A stretch of DNA of 64,000 nucleotides from Trichoplax adhaerens (Eukaryota > Animalia > Placozoa). Location: the NCBI RefSeq assembly GCF_000150275.1, contig NW_002060946.1:4049454-4113453 (forward strand), read 5' to 3'. Both the position numbers and the translations under genes were made by a program. Each line of letters starts with the position of its first letter. Positions within the stretch are counted from its first letter, which is position 1. The notes beneath the pieces are model-generated. The model made no database searches. It was not told the origin of the DNA and saw only the letters and a list, made by a program, of their open reading frames with translations. Of this stretch, positions 25,962 to 38,361 are shown piece by piece.

Positions 25962-28900
25962 ATGAAATTGATCATTGTAACTGCATTACTTCTTGTTGTG
26001 GCTCTTCCTGAATTTAAGAGAGCATCAGCTCAAGATTTACAAAGGGCCAACGAAATCTTGACCAAGTTTCCCGTTATTGATGGGTAAGGATCATGCCTGA
26101 ATATTATTAATCGTAAAGAGCAGACTATCGATTCGTGAATGACGTGATAGCTCCTCTTCTATGTAGTAATTGATTAATTATTCATCATGGATGCAGAAAA
26201 GCCGCAAGTTTATTCATCATATTACTCATCAAAGAGCAGTCTAATAGATGATATGATAATATAATTAGTCTTTCACGCGGTAATTGATTCATCATGAGTA
26301 GGTATCTGTCAAGAATATTCTACATGTAATTAATCTTCTATGCTAGCCTTCCAAGAGTAGCCTAATGATAATTCATCTTCTATGTAGTAATTGATTCATC
26401 ATAGAAGGATAAAGCCGTAAAATTGGTTCCCATTAGTCTTCAAAGAGCAGTCTAATGATAGTACATTCCATGATACTGTAATGAGTCCTCCTTGTGATAA
26501 TTTATTGATTGTACTTGCATTGGAGGATGATATTGTGGCCGTGTATATAGATCGATGTTGACAGATATTAGATCGAATGCATAATATTTCCATAACTACC
26601 GTAGATAATGGCAAAGTGAAGAACTTCACTATGGTATTGATAAAACTGTAGATCAATTTTGACAGATATTGGATAAAATGGTGTAGTATCTGCACTTTTA
26701 GAACTACTGTAGATGATAACAAGTTAAGAACGTCACTATGGCATTGGCAAAACTGCGGATTAATTTTGACAGATATTGGATAAAATGACATAGAATTAGT
26801 ATATTCCAGAACTACCGTAGACGATGTAAGGTAAAGGACTATGGCGTTGGTAAAACTGTAGATTGGATTTGACAAATATTGGATAAAATAACATAGCGCT
26901 AGTATTTCCAAAACTACTGTAGATGATACAAAGTGAATGACTTCACTATAGCATCGGTAAAACTACTGATCGATTTCGACAGATATTGGAATAAAGTTAT
27001 ACAATATTAGTATAATTCATAAATATTGGAACTTTAATTTAATAGATCTTCGCTTATCTTGCAATTGCAGACGTAGTCGATGTAATATAGAAAATATCAA
27101 TCCGCAAATTTTATAAATTCACATTTTGCTTGATTTACTCGTACAGGCATAGATTCTCCCTTAGTTTTGCAACTGCCAATATAGCAGATATACTATAGAA
27201 AGTATCAATCCACAAATTTAGTAAATTTATTATTTTGCTTCATTCACTCGTACAGGCACAACGATTTACCTTACCAATATCGTAAAATTGTTCGCAACCA
27301 AGTAGAAAAATTAAATATCCAAGCGAGTTATCCTGCTATTCATACTGATATCCCCAGATTACGAAAGGGCCATGTTGGTGGACAGGTAAGAATGATCCTT
27401 ACTGAATTAAAGTGTATCTTTAAAGTACTAATCACTACTGAAGCTAAAAAAATACATAGGATAGCGTTTTGATTTAATGATAGATAGCCCCCGTCTTACT
27501 AATGAATATCCATCATTTCAATATGATTAGTTTTGGGCTGCTTATACCAGTTGTAATACTCAATATAAAGATTCCATTCGTGCAGCTTTCCAACAAGTAG
27601 ATGTTATCCATCGCTTTGTCAATCAATACCCCAACACCTTCCAATTTGCACTAACTGCAGCCGATATCGAATCATCCCTAAAAAACGGTAAAATTGCTTC
27701 CTTGATTGGTTTAGAGGGTGGCCATATGATTGCTAGTAGCTTGGCTGCACTCCGACAACTTTATGATCTTGGAGTTCGTTACATGACTGTAACACATAAC
27801 TGCAATACTCCATGGTAAGTTCAAGATAAATTTAGAGCTACACTTTGCATTTTCGAGTAGACTGTTTATTTGCATGGACTTAGACAATGTATGGATAGTC
27901 TTTAAAAGCTATTTTATATTTACAATTTGTATTCTAATACGGTAGGAATGCGTTTAAAATTACGGCTACAGTGAATAAATTGTCTAAGATAAGGCTTCTA
28001 ACTGGCTAATTAAATAGAAACCAATTCATCAAGTGGTATTTCACACTCTACAATTTGTTTTCAGTGTAGTATAGAAAACTTTGAAAATTAAAATTGCATA
28101 CTTAGTGTACAAATTCAACCATTACAGACAAATTACTGCGTCTGAGGTTAGATTAATGACTGATTGCATTAAAGTGAATAGAAGTTGAGCCATTAATAAA
28201 TTCTACAATTTGTACTGCAATGCAGTATAAAATAGATTTTAAAATGAAAATGGATGCCATGACTAAAGTATACAAACTTCTCCTTATGGAAATTGTTTCA
28301 AAACGATGTTGTAGTACCACATGTACAATTTTTGTTCTTCTCTTATTTAGGGCTAGAGCATGCTGTGATAGCTCTCCTTGGGCATACCCAGGAAAAGGAC
28401 TTAATACTTTTGGAGAAGTATGACTCTTTTTTAATACAACTATGGATAATAGAAAAAGTGTAGACGTATATATCTGTATAATAATTAAGCTATAGGATAA
28501 TGTGTTTTACCATCATTTCATTAATCCTTTTCTTTGAAAACATGATCTAGTATGTTATTAGAGAAATGAACAGACTTGGTATGATGGTAGATATTTCTCA
28601 TGTCCATACAGACACGATGAAGGATGTCTTAAAACTTACTAAAGCACCAGGTATTATTTGATTCGGATGAGGTCAAATTAAAATTATTACGGGCATAACG
28701 TAAGATATTCTGTTATATAGATACTAATTCAGTTTAAGTCAATACTCTCAGCTATTATAGTAAGTTTTCGTAGCCATAAGCCTACCTTACTGGTGATTAA
28801 TAGAAAAATGTTGTTATAGTTATCTTTAGCCATTCATCGGCGGAAGCAACCTGTGTTCATGTTCGTAACGTACCTGATGATGTCTTAAAAATGCTGGTAA

Positions 28901-29965
28901 AAATCAGATTTGCAATAAATTCATATCAAAATATGATTTAGTAGGATTTTAAAATGCTTGGTATTGCTTGATGTAATTGAGATATACTAAATAACCTTTC
29001 CACTTCTAGCCTCAAACTGATGCTGTCGTCATGATCAACTTCTACAACAGATTTGTAAATTGCTCCGATTTTTGCGATGTCAACCTTGTTGCTGGTAGGG
29101 ATAATAGACATTGAATAGTATAGAGATTGAACAAAGAATATCCTTGATTTATTATTTGTTGCTAACAACTTTGATCAATTTTACTACTATAGACAATATT
29201 GACTATATCAAGAATTTGATTGGAGTTGATTATATTGGTATGGGAGCTGATTATGATGGCGTATCATAGTAAGTAAATTTTGAATTTGAGGAAAAAAAAT
29301 AGATGATTTAAATTGAACCGATACTTTATATCATAAAAATCTATAGAATGATATTTCAGACTAGTAACAAAAGATAGCTAATAATCAAATATGGATAGCT
29401 AGCTCTAGTATGGTTACAAAACGATAAATAACAACCTTGAACTTATATCCCATGACTCTGCATGAAAATCTAACTATATCTCACAGAAATTCACTCATAA
29501 AGTTGCCGACTATCTAAACAGTAATGAACAGTAAAATCTTTAAACATACCCTACTATAAACTGGTATCAAAGTCAATCAAAATTGTGCATTGAGATGGCT
29601 TTATATATTCTAGATGTTGCTTTTTTCTATCAGTCTTTTCAATTTTATTAGTATAATCAAGATTATTAAAATGGTACATGGAGATGGCTTAAATAGTCTA
29701 AACATTTTTTATTCTACGAATCTTTTAATTTAACTTTATTAGTGTACCCACCGGCTTGGAAGATGTTTCAACTTACCCGACATTGTTTGCTGAATTGGTT
29801 AGAAGGGGTTATACAGAAGAAGAATTGGGGAAAATTGCACAAGGAAATCTTTTACGTGTCATGAAAAAAGTTGAAAAAGTAAAAAGTGAATTAGCTTATT
29901 TACCACCCTATGAAGAACATCTTCAGCCCCCCCTAACAGATAAACCATGTCGTCCAAATTGGTAG
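25962..29965 (+). CDS. Secreted dipeptidase (peptidase M19, DPEP-like), single domain, 9 exons
   Basis: Signal peptide [23 protein letters not shown]; PVIDG|[85 protein letters not shown]; ends KPCRPNW* with no hydrophobic GPI signal. Confidence 0.93.
26110..27259. repeat. Intronic tandem repeats of ~102-110 bp (three successive unit types)
   Basis: aaagagcagtctaat/tctatgtagtaattgatt units at 26115-26500; actac(c/t)gtaga...gacagatattggataaa units at 26595, 26703, 26811 and 26913; 109 bp duplication of the acceptor region (~27086-27150 vs ~27195-27259). Confidence 0.85.
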
Positions 29966-31084
29966 ACCAGTTTGTTTAACTATTTTTTGTTGTATTTGTT
30001 ACACGATGAAGAATTAGTAAAATTTATTACTATTGTGCTTATCATCTTTCAAAGCAATTGAATATCTAAAATCATGTAATTGTCGTTGTACTGGTATATC
30101 TACTGTGACCTATGGTAATTATGTTGAAATTTTGAAATGTTGTTCAAGCTTTTACCACTCTTTATTTACGAATTAATAGCCAATAAACTTAATTTAATAT
30201 AAACTGATGTCTTTAAATAATGGAGTAGCAATCTACTGTATCGTAGGATTGAATACTATAATATTTGTATATGACAGATAGGTAAAGATATTGCAATTAT
30301 CAATCTCCTCTAAATTGCATAAATAAATTGGTAGTCAAAATTTCCTTTCATAACTAATTGTTATCATTACTTAGATCAAAGCTACAAAATAAGCTACTCT
30401 ACATACCATTATTTCGAAGATGTATGATAATTTTACGGATAATTATAATTAGATTCTTCAGGTATTTTCAGTATCGATATCCAACATTATTAGAACTTCG
30501 CTACTTAAGATGCGATACTTGTAAACATATAATATGTGTATATTATGTACATATTTTCAATATTAATATCTAAGATTATTAGACCTTAAGATACGATAGC
30601 TATTATATATATAGTACGTACACATATGACAGGACATAGTCTGTTGTGGGGGATTAAACATAAAGTAGATTATTTGTATCTTAGAGAGACTGTATGTAAG
30701 CAATATGCGGTTTTTCCGTAGCATAAGTAATTCACAGCTCGGCATTTATTGTAGCAAAGATCAATGTGAGCTATTTTTAGCTTGTCAGCAATGCATAATT
30801 TATGGTAGTTATTATAACTAAGATTAGTTGAAAGATATCCATAATCCATGATTCTATACTATATACTGCAAAACGCATCATGTTATGCATATATTATCAG
30901 TATACATACAGTAGATCAGTACTTTTATTAATTACCGTCATATATTATCGCAGTAATAATACATTTATAATTATTTAATCTCAAAGTATACAATAAATTA
31001 TAGTATAATACTGGCGGTATTCAACAAATAAACAGAACAACTCAATATCAGAGACGTTAGCACCAAATCATAACTTCTACAAAC

Positions 31085-31255
31085 TTGCTGCTTGTTGTTG
31101 AAGAATTGACAATATTTTGCTTCAGTATTAAATCGCAATTTTTATGTACATCCTATATTTTGATCAAGGTTCGACAATATTTCACTTCAGCACCAAATTG
31201 CAATTTTTACGTGCATACTATATTTTATTGAAGTGTTGACAATATTTTACCTGCA
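31085..31255. repeat. ~65 bp tandem repeat, 2.5 copies
   Basis: gacaatattt..cttcag...aaat.gcaattttta.gt.cat.ctatatttt repeated. Confidence 0.75.
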
Positions 31256-32869
31256 TGTTTGTAAATTTGCTAATTCTTTACCATCACAGAGAACTGCGAA
31301 ATAGTTCAAATGCTAATCAAATATTATAATACAGTGAATAAAATAATTTTCGTCAATTTTACACCCGATAACGAAATTTTGTGCTATTATAGGGTCAAAT
31401 CGACGAAAATTATTTGAAATTAAATAATTGTGACCTTACTCAGCTAAAATATCTATGCTTAGTGCCGTCATTATTTATTTACCATTGTAAAAGAAAAATG
31501 AAATAAAAAGCACCTGCCATAAAATAGACATTTTGAGAGTCTATACATGCTACGTCTTTAATATTATGTAGCTAATCACTATAGATTTCATGTAGTACTT
31601 TAACAAAAAATGCAAACATGTTGGGAATATTATATTCCTATTGATGTTAGAAATTGATAACTTAATTCTTCGATAATAATTTCCAATGTTAAATCTACTG
31701 TCTATATATTCAAGCATCTTGGATATTATTCACCTGTTTCTGCCACAAATGATAGTACTGTTCATTTTTAGGACAATATTTATAAAGTAGAGTCTAATTA
31801 TATTCAAATCGATTCTTTTGCCGATTTATAATTAGAAACGATCAAAATCTCTCGCATAGTATACACAGTGATGTAATATCTAGAGGTAACAATTAAACAT
31901 ACCACGATAGTGAAATGGTATAAAGTATCTCTCAGTTACGTCATATAAGACCACGTCAGAAAGTAAACGCTAAAGTGACAATCAGTGTTATGATATTGGC
32001 ACATAGTTGTGAGCGTTAATACAATCAATCAATCGATTGTATTAAAATGAATATTTTATTTCGACGAATAATAGATAACATAGATCTACGATTACGTAAG
32101 ATAAAATACAATTAATTCTAAAGTTTAAAATAAATTTCTACCAATCATGGACTTACAATTCTTGTCTTTATTGTCTTTATCGGCAATCTGTTAAGTAGAT
32201 ATTATACTAATGGATGAATGTATCGACGAAGGGAAATGTTATTTTCCCCTAAAAATGTGGCCACGTCTAGCTGTAATCCATGCTAAGCAGAAAACTGAAA
32301 CAACTGTCGATTGATTGTTTCTTGGATAATTATCACGTCAGCTATAAGCTAGGAATCGAGGTGTAAATGGTCAAATTGAGAAATATTTTAAGTTACTGTA
32401 GGCTACTCGTTCAACTTGTATAAAATCTGCCACCAATACAACCAAGGCTTTAAAATTTTAATTCTAATCATTCTAGAATTATCCTTCTAAATAACGTAAT
32501 GTAGTCTATTTCAGAAAAGTTCATGTTATGTTGACAATATAGAATAATCAAGCATTATATTATCCCACTATTTATTTAAAATCTCCACGGCAACCGGCAA
32601 GAAAAACCTATTTAACTAGCATTGAAAAGACTATCCTTTCTATCACATTGTTTATTCAGTGTACCCATGGTTATAAATAGTGTAATACTAGCTCATATAC
32701 CAATAACAACAGTAGAGTAGTATTGTTTTCCTTCTTCATCATGATAGCAATACCGCTATTCTGTTTTTCAAAAAATCAAAACGTAAAATAGATATATAGC
32801 TTTGAAGCATATTAAGTACCAGTATATGATTGTATGAGCATTTTGTCCCTTTCAGTTTAATGCAAATTA

Positions 32870-32883
32870 GTTGGCATGGCAAC
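32870..32883. promoter_or_regulatory. RFX X-box-like palindrome
   Basis: GTTGGCATGGCAAC, one mismatch from the canonical GTTGCCATGGCAAC. Confidence 0.4.
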
Positions 32884-34424
32884 CGTTGGCAGTTCCATGA
32901 CCGTAGTTAAGGCACATGAAAATCTTCTTTCTACCGTTGGAATTGAATCAACTTTAGTCGGTATTTCCCCCCTCCCCCGCAATAGGATAGTATAAGTATA
33001 GATTATATTTATATTTAAAATACACCATAGAAATGATGCTTTTTGGGAGATTTCTTGATCGTCTCTAGTGAAGCAACACAATATCATCACTTTGACAGCT
33101 TAGGTATATTGCACTCATGGGATAATATTAAATTTGTATGAATTTTAAGCTTATACGTGTCGTTTTGATGGCTATGGGAAAATAAATATACGCGTATATC
33201 TTTTCATTCACTTATTTAGTCAAGCGCGTGGCATGCAACTAATTTGATGCAGGACATATTTGATTATAATTATTAGAGTAGAATAGACCATTAGATCTTA
33301 TACTTGTGACTATAATTAGTGCTATATCCCGTAGTGCCTAGATAGGCACAATAGAATCTCTGCTTGTCATGTTTCGAGTACCCTGAGGCTCTACCTTAAA
33401 CAGTAATGATCTTACTGTGCTAACAGAGCGTAGCCATCTCGATATCTATATGGTATACAGTATATCGCCTTGTTATAATGGAACTATCGAAGACGATCAA
33501 GTCAGTACTACACTACAAGGAAACTGTTGTATGTCTGCTATCAGACAAGTGCTTATTTTATTGATCGATACAATGGTTTCAGACTACCACACTTGGTGGT
33601 CGGTGCCATCCATTCAATGCTATACGAGTGGCATGGCTAGATGTATCTGTCTTACTTTATTGATACGCTTATCTGGCTAAAATATAATTTGAAATACTAG
33701 TATGATTAATTTGATCCGTAGTATCAAAATTAGAGATTGATACGAATGGTGATCGTGGTGAACGTTTCCACTTCTTTTACGCGATGGTAAATAAATAAAT
33801 TACTTTAATTATTTATGGATCAATGGATAGAACGAATTGTTAATCCTTTGGCTTTTTTACTTTCAGGGAAAATACAATTACAATACGAGTATTATAATAG
33901 AATGGATGGAGTCCGGTTTGAATATTAATATTTTATAAGTGATGGTTCATCTTCATATTTATTTCCTTCAAGCAATGATGATTGATTAATTCTATCGCAA
34001 TTGCATAGTAATAAGACAGTAAATGATAAAATGACGAATCTGTATATAGACAGTTAGCTATTGTCTTTGCCGCTTACTCTTACTCTAGAGGCAACGAATC
34101 AAGTTTTCTACTTGCAGATTTGCGGCATAGTAAACAAAAAAAGTAAAAGAAACAAATTTAAGGCCAGCAGCTGTCCTATGAATGACCGTGGAAATGTTGA
34201 TCTACCGCAATCATTCACTTTCACCTGCTGTATTCTATTGATGTAAGCGTTGTTTCATCTCATTTTGAGCATCATGGACACCGCCAAGAAGAAGAGTAGA
34301 AAAATGAGCTCAAAAATGGAGCTTTTGAGCTATTCCACGCTACCATCAATCATTCTAATTCATCCTGCGACAGGGTTATTATGAAACTCATTGACGCTAG
34401 TGCTGAAATATTACTAATCATTCT

Positions 34425-35235
34425 ATATGTTTGTATAAAGCTTCAGTTCCACGACTACTTCTCTATAAGAGTGGATAGGACCACCGAGCCCGGGTCTAAT
34501 ACGGCAGTGGTGTGTTAAAGTAACACACCATCGAGAGGGCCCCCTTAAAATGACCATGAGTATTTTATTCCCCTCCGGGTTGTGTTTTTTTTTACCATCG
34601 AGGTATAAAGAGAAGAAGCTTAAGCAAAGCTTTTCCTTATACCGCTACGGTTTCTAGTTTCTACTGTGCAATGGTGAAAGGTTTACATCTTGGTGGCGCC
34701 CATACAATACTCAGAAAATGCAGAATGGACTTGACTAAGAATAAGCCATGTTAGCTATTCTGCTAACCACCCCGTCTACCATGAACAGTATCGTTCACCG
34801 GTGTTCCACAGCAGGCTCATTACACCCCCCTTACGTCATGTGTGTTTGGCGCCCGATGGCAAGTTCAACTTTGGGCTGGGCCGGGGGCCCGGGCCCCATA
34901 AGCTTGAACACGGTCCGCTCACTAACTGCCTAGTAGTCCAGGACATGAGTGAATGATAGAGAGTTTAATATGGTCACTAGGCAGCAAGGGGCTGGATGTA
35001 TGAGTTTACATGGTCAACCACCGGGTTTTAATGATGGTGGTGCCACCAGCCCCTGGTACGGTTTGTGCGCCACAATCAGTTAGTACTGAACTCAGTAGTC
35101 AAGGAGCCCAGGGGGCTATTGTAATCTGCCCGTGTGTACTCTCAGTCTACCCCTAGGCAACGTCATATCGTGTATCAAGACAGCCTCATGAGATGTATAA
35201 TCCAGTAGGGTTACCATTGTCCTGGCTGATGCTAT
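34425..35235 (-). ncRNA. TERC: Putative telomerase RNA (H/ACA-type, animal architecture); 5' end uncertain
   Basis: Minus strand, in order: template UAACCCUA (35213-35206); P2a-like pairings; P2b cca..ugca/ugua-ugg; U-tract UUUUC (34718-34714); P3 UGAGUAUU (34713-34706) pairing with AAUACUCA (34564-34557) after an A-rich linker; P4/P5 stems; 10 bp P6 hairpin (34530-34508); P6.1-like loop UUAGA (34499-34495); H box AGAGAA (34464-34459); terminal hairpin with CUGAAG loop; ACA (34430-34428) plus 3 nt. GC content is clearly above the flanks and there is no credible ORF. Confidence 0.72.
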
Positions 35236-35380
35236 GTATAGAAAGTGACAATGTCAAGGCTGTAACCGACAAGTTGACAACACACCGTCTCTAAGGCCGA
35301 CAAGCTACACAAACATACACCAAGTTCTCATACAAAAGCCTAGTATTCAACTTTTCAATCCGTCAGCCATGTCCAACCAA

Positions 35381-35479
35381 GTCCCATAGCAACGGTGGTC
35401 AAGAGTACGCAAGCGTGTTGGCAAGCAGTTTCGTTTAATGTTCCATTTTCTGCCTGACAACGTGTTGTTGAATAGCAAC
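35381..35479. promoter_or_regulatory. Two RFX X-box motifs upstream of CFAP20
   Basis: GTCCCATAGCAAC (35381-35393) and GTTGAATAGCAAC (35467-35479), 230-330 bp upstream of the ATG of a ciliary gene. Confidence 0.6.
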
Positions 35480-35706
35480 CAGCAACGCATTAGCTATTAA
35501 GAGCAACAGCTTGGGCCTAAATAACCTTCTCAAGCTAGTCTGGTATCTAAACAATTAGCATTTGCTTGTATCGACTACATTGCACAAGGCGCTGTGGCTA
35601 TTAGCAGTAGCATCGTTTGGTTGGTTGTTGCAAATCACCTCCATTGCTGAGTAACAAACTTTTTCCACTTTTTCCTTCAAATAATCTATCCAACAAACAA
35701 CAAGTT

Positions 35707-38361
35707 ATGTTCAAGAATACTTTCCAATCGGGATTTCTATCAATTTTATTCAGTATTGGTAGTAAACCTTTGCAATTATGGGATAAACAGGTAAATTGAC
35801 TTGATTAGTTAGCAACTAATTTCAATTCCTATACGTTGACTACTTTTCCTAGTCGATGACACTATTCAAACTACTATGGCAACCAAGACAGATACATTCA
35901 TATCATCGATCGTTTCATCATTTTTGATCGATATGAAACATTTTTCTCATGACTTTTATGCATTATCATCTCTTTTAGGTCAGAAACGGACATATTAAAA
36001 GGATAACTGATGATGATATCCAATCATTAGTTTTAGATATTTCTGGCACTAATGTTAGGTAAATGGATTACTATCAACATAGATGGATTATTGTTGACAT
36101 GGATCGATTTTACAATTTTCATAAACTAAAATGAATTACTAATCGTAGATACATCGTCTATCATCACAGCAATACTGTAGTCTATTGCTAATTTCAAGTG
36201 TTTTTGATCATCAATCGCTTCTGTCTTGCTTATTCCATGTTAAAATAATAGATAGATGAGTTATATGTTTGTTTGGTATGGAGATTTTTTTCTCTCCTTC
36301 GGATAACGTTGACTGACAGTCGCTTCACTATGTTGATAGAAGCTTACTTCTCTACTTTACGCAACATAGATATAATCATTATCTAGCATAGTAACACTTT
36401 TCCATCTTGTAAATGATTATCCTTAGTTTATGTTATTTATTTTAATCAAATGTCTCTTACCCTTTTTTTCTAGTACAACATTCCTAACGTGTCCTCCTCC
36501 AAATTCAAAGAAATTTCTCGGCATCAAATTGCCTTTTTTAGTCATGATTATTAAGAACATGAACAAATTTTTCACTTTTGAAGTACAGGTAAATTTCCTA
36601 TAACAAGCTACGATCTGACCGATCGATCAAGTGTAATGATGACCGTGCTCAAAAAAAAAAAATTACGTGGCTAATGCAAGCCAATTTTGAACCATAAGTA
36701 CACTGTCAATTTCAACCATTTTGTGCAATAGTGGCAAAACTGCAGTAATAGGCTAATAGTTACGCTATAGTTAAATCGTAATTTAGCTAAATACATTATT
36801 TTGTAGGATCATAATCGTTATCTAATACTTTTCATTACAATAAATCTATACAACGTATAACCTCATATCCAAACAATCAGTTTTAAAAATCTTGTAGATT
36901 AAACTGCTGATAACGAAATCTTTATTCTGTGTTGGTAGTTATGGCTATCTACAAGTTACTGTAACAGCTAGTAGTACATCTCTGTAGTCTAATAGTTATA
37001 CCTTGTAATTGGTAGGCATTAAAATAGAAGGAACCAGCGACAGTTGAGTTTCAAAATAGCTGTTAGTTCACTATTTTCTTTACAGGGTCTGAAATAGTAC
37101 ACGTAATTGCCAGTTTAACCCCGCCGGCAGTAGAAGCCATACGTCATGTAGGGTTTTCCTGGTATCCTATAGAACTATTTCTTGCTTGTAGGCTACTTGA
37201 GATTAAAAAAACCCATATCAATTACTGAATACAATATATCTCAAGTTAGAACATAATTTACCTGTACAGTACAAAAAGTGCAAATATGGGCTTTTTCTTA
37301 GTTTATAGTATATGTAAAAATGGATGCAACCCTATTTAAATTTATTTTAATAGGTTTGATATAAATCTAACGAATTTAAATTCCATTGTTAACTACTTTG
37401 GGTTAATTAAATGGAGTAGCATACGGCAATATGAAATTATATCTCTTTACGACCTTGTGTTTATCGAAAGTATTATGTATGGGTTCAAATTCTAAACATT
37501 TGTTACCAAATCCTATTCTATTTTGCCATCAAGATCTATTCACAAATAGTGTTAGACTGTAGTTATTACACTCAATCTTTAATCGTGTTAACACTTCGTT
37601 TTCTTTATACCCGTAGGTACTAGATGACAAAAATATTCGTCGTCGATTTAGAGCTTCAAATTATCAATCAACAACTAGAGTAAAGCCTTTCATTTGTACA
37701 ATGCCTATGAGATTGGACGATGGTTGGAACCAAATTCAGGTAAGAGAAATATCAAGTCTACATTAAATTGAAATACCTTATAAGGTAGTAAACATTTTCA
37801 CTAGTATACTGTTTCTATAGACCTGATTATCGCGTGATATACTTGTTGAAATTCAATAAATTAATACCAAAAAGATACGAAATATTTTCGGAAATTGTCC
37901 TTTTGATTAATCATCCTTTACTGCTTATCTTTTAGTTCAATCTGTCAGATTTCACTCGTAGAGCTTACGGCACCAATTACATTGAAACTCTAAGAGTAAA
38001 AGTAAGTTCTTTCGCCTATTTGATAGATTTGATTTACAAAGTACATTTAACTGTGATCGATTAATTATCAATACTAACGTGATTTGAATTGAACTCAGAT
38101 TCATGCCAATTGTCGGATCAGACGAGTGTACTTCTCTGATCGTCTCTATTCGGAAGATGAATTGCCTCCAGAGTTTAAACTCTTTTTGCCAGTAGAGAAA
38201 AAACATTGATGACACTTTAAATACCGGTAAGTTTCGATTTTACACTAGATAATATTATTAATAGTTCTATTATAAATTTTTGAAAATTATTAATGTATCG
38301 TAAGTGAACTTAGCCTTAAGATGAAAAAGTTCTTTTATTAATCGATTTAGATCAAAGCTGA
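35707..38361 (+). CDS. CFAP20: Cilia- and flagella-associated protein 20 (BUG22), 7 exons
   Basis: [28 protein letters not shown]|[111 protein letters not shown]. The last mini-exon (38351-38361, DQS*) is inferred. Confidence 0.97.

Noticed and set aside
26399-26911. 170-aa minus-strand ORF
   Set aside because: It is the antisense translation of the 108-bp intronic tandem repeat.
34440-35230. GC-rich island as RNase P/MRP, group I intron, NUMT or the 61-aa ORF 34748-34933
   Set aside because: No properly placed P4 CR-I/CR-V pair or group I core was found, no mitochondrial gene was recognisable, and the ORF has no recognisable features; telomerase-RNA features fit better.
36636-36910. Box C ATGATGA in CFAP20 intron 3
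   Set aside because: No nearby D box with a terminal stem, and no recognisable guide.
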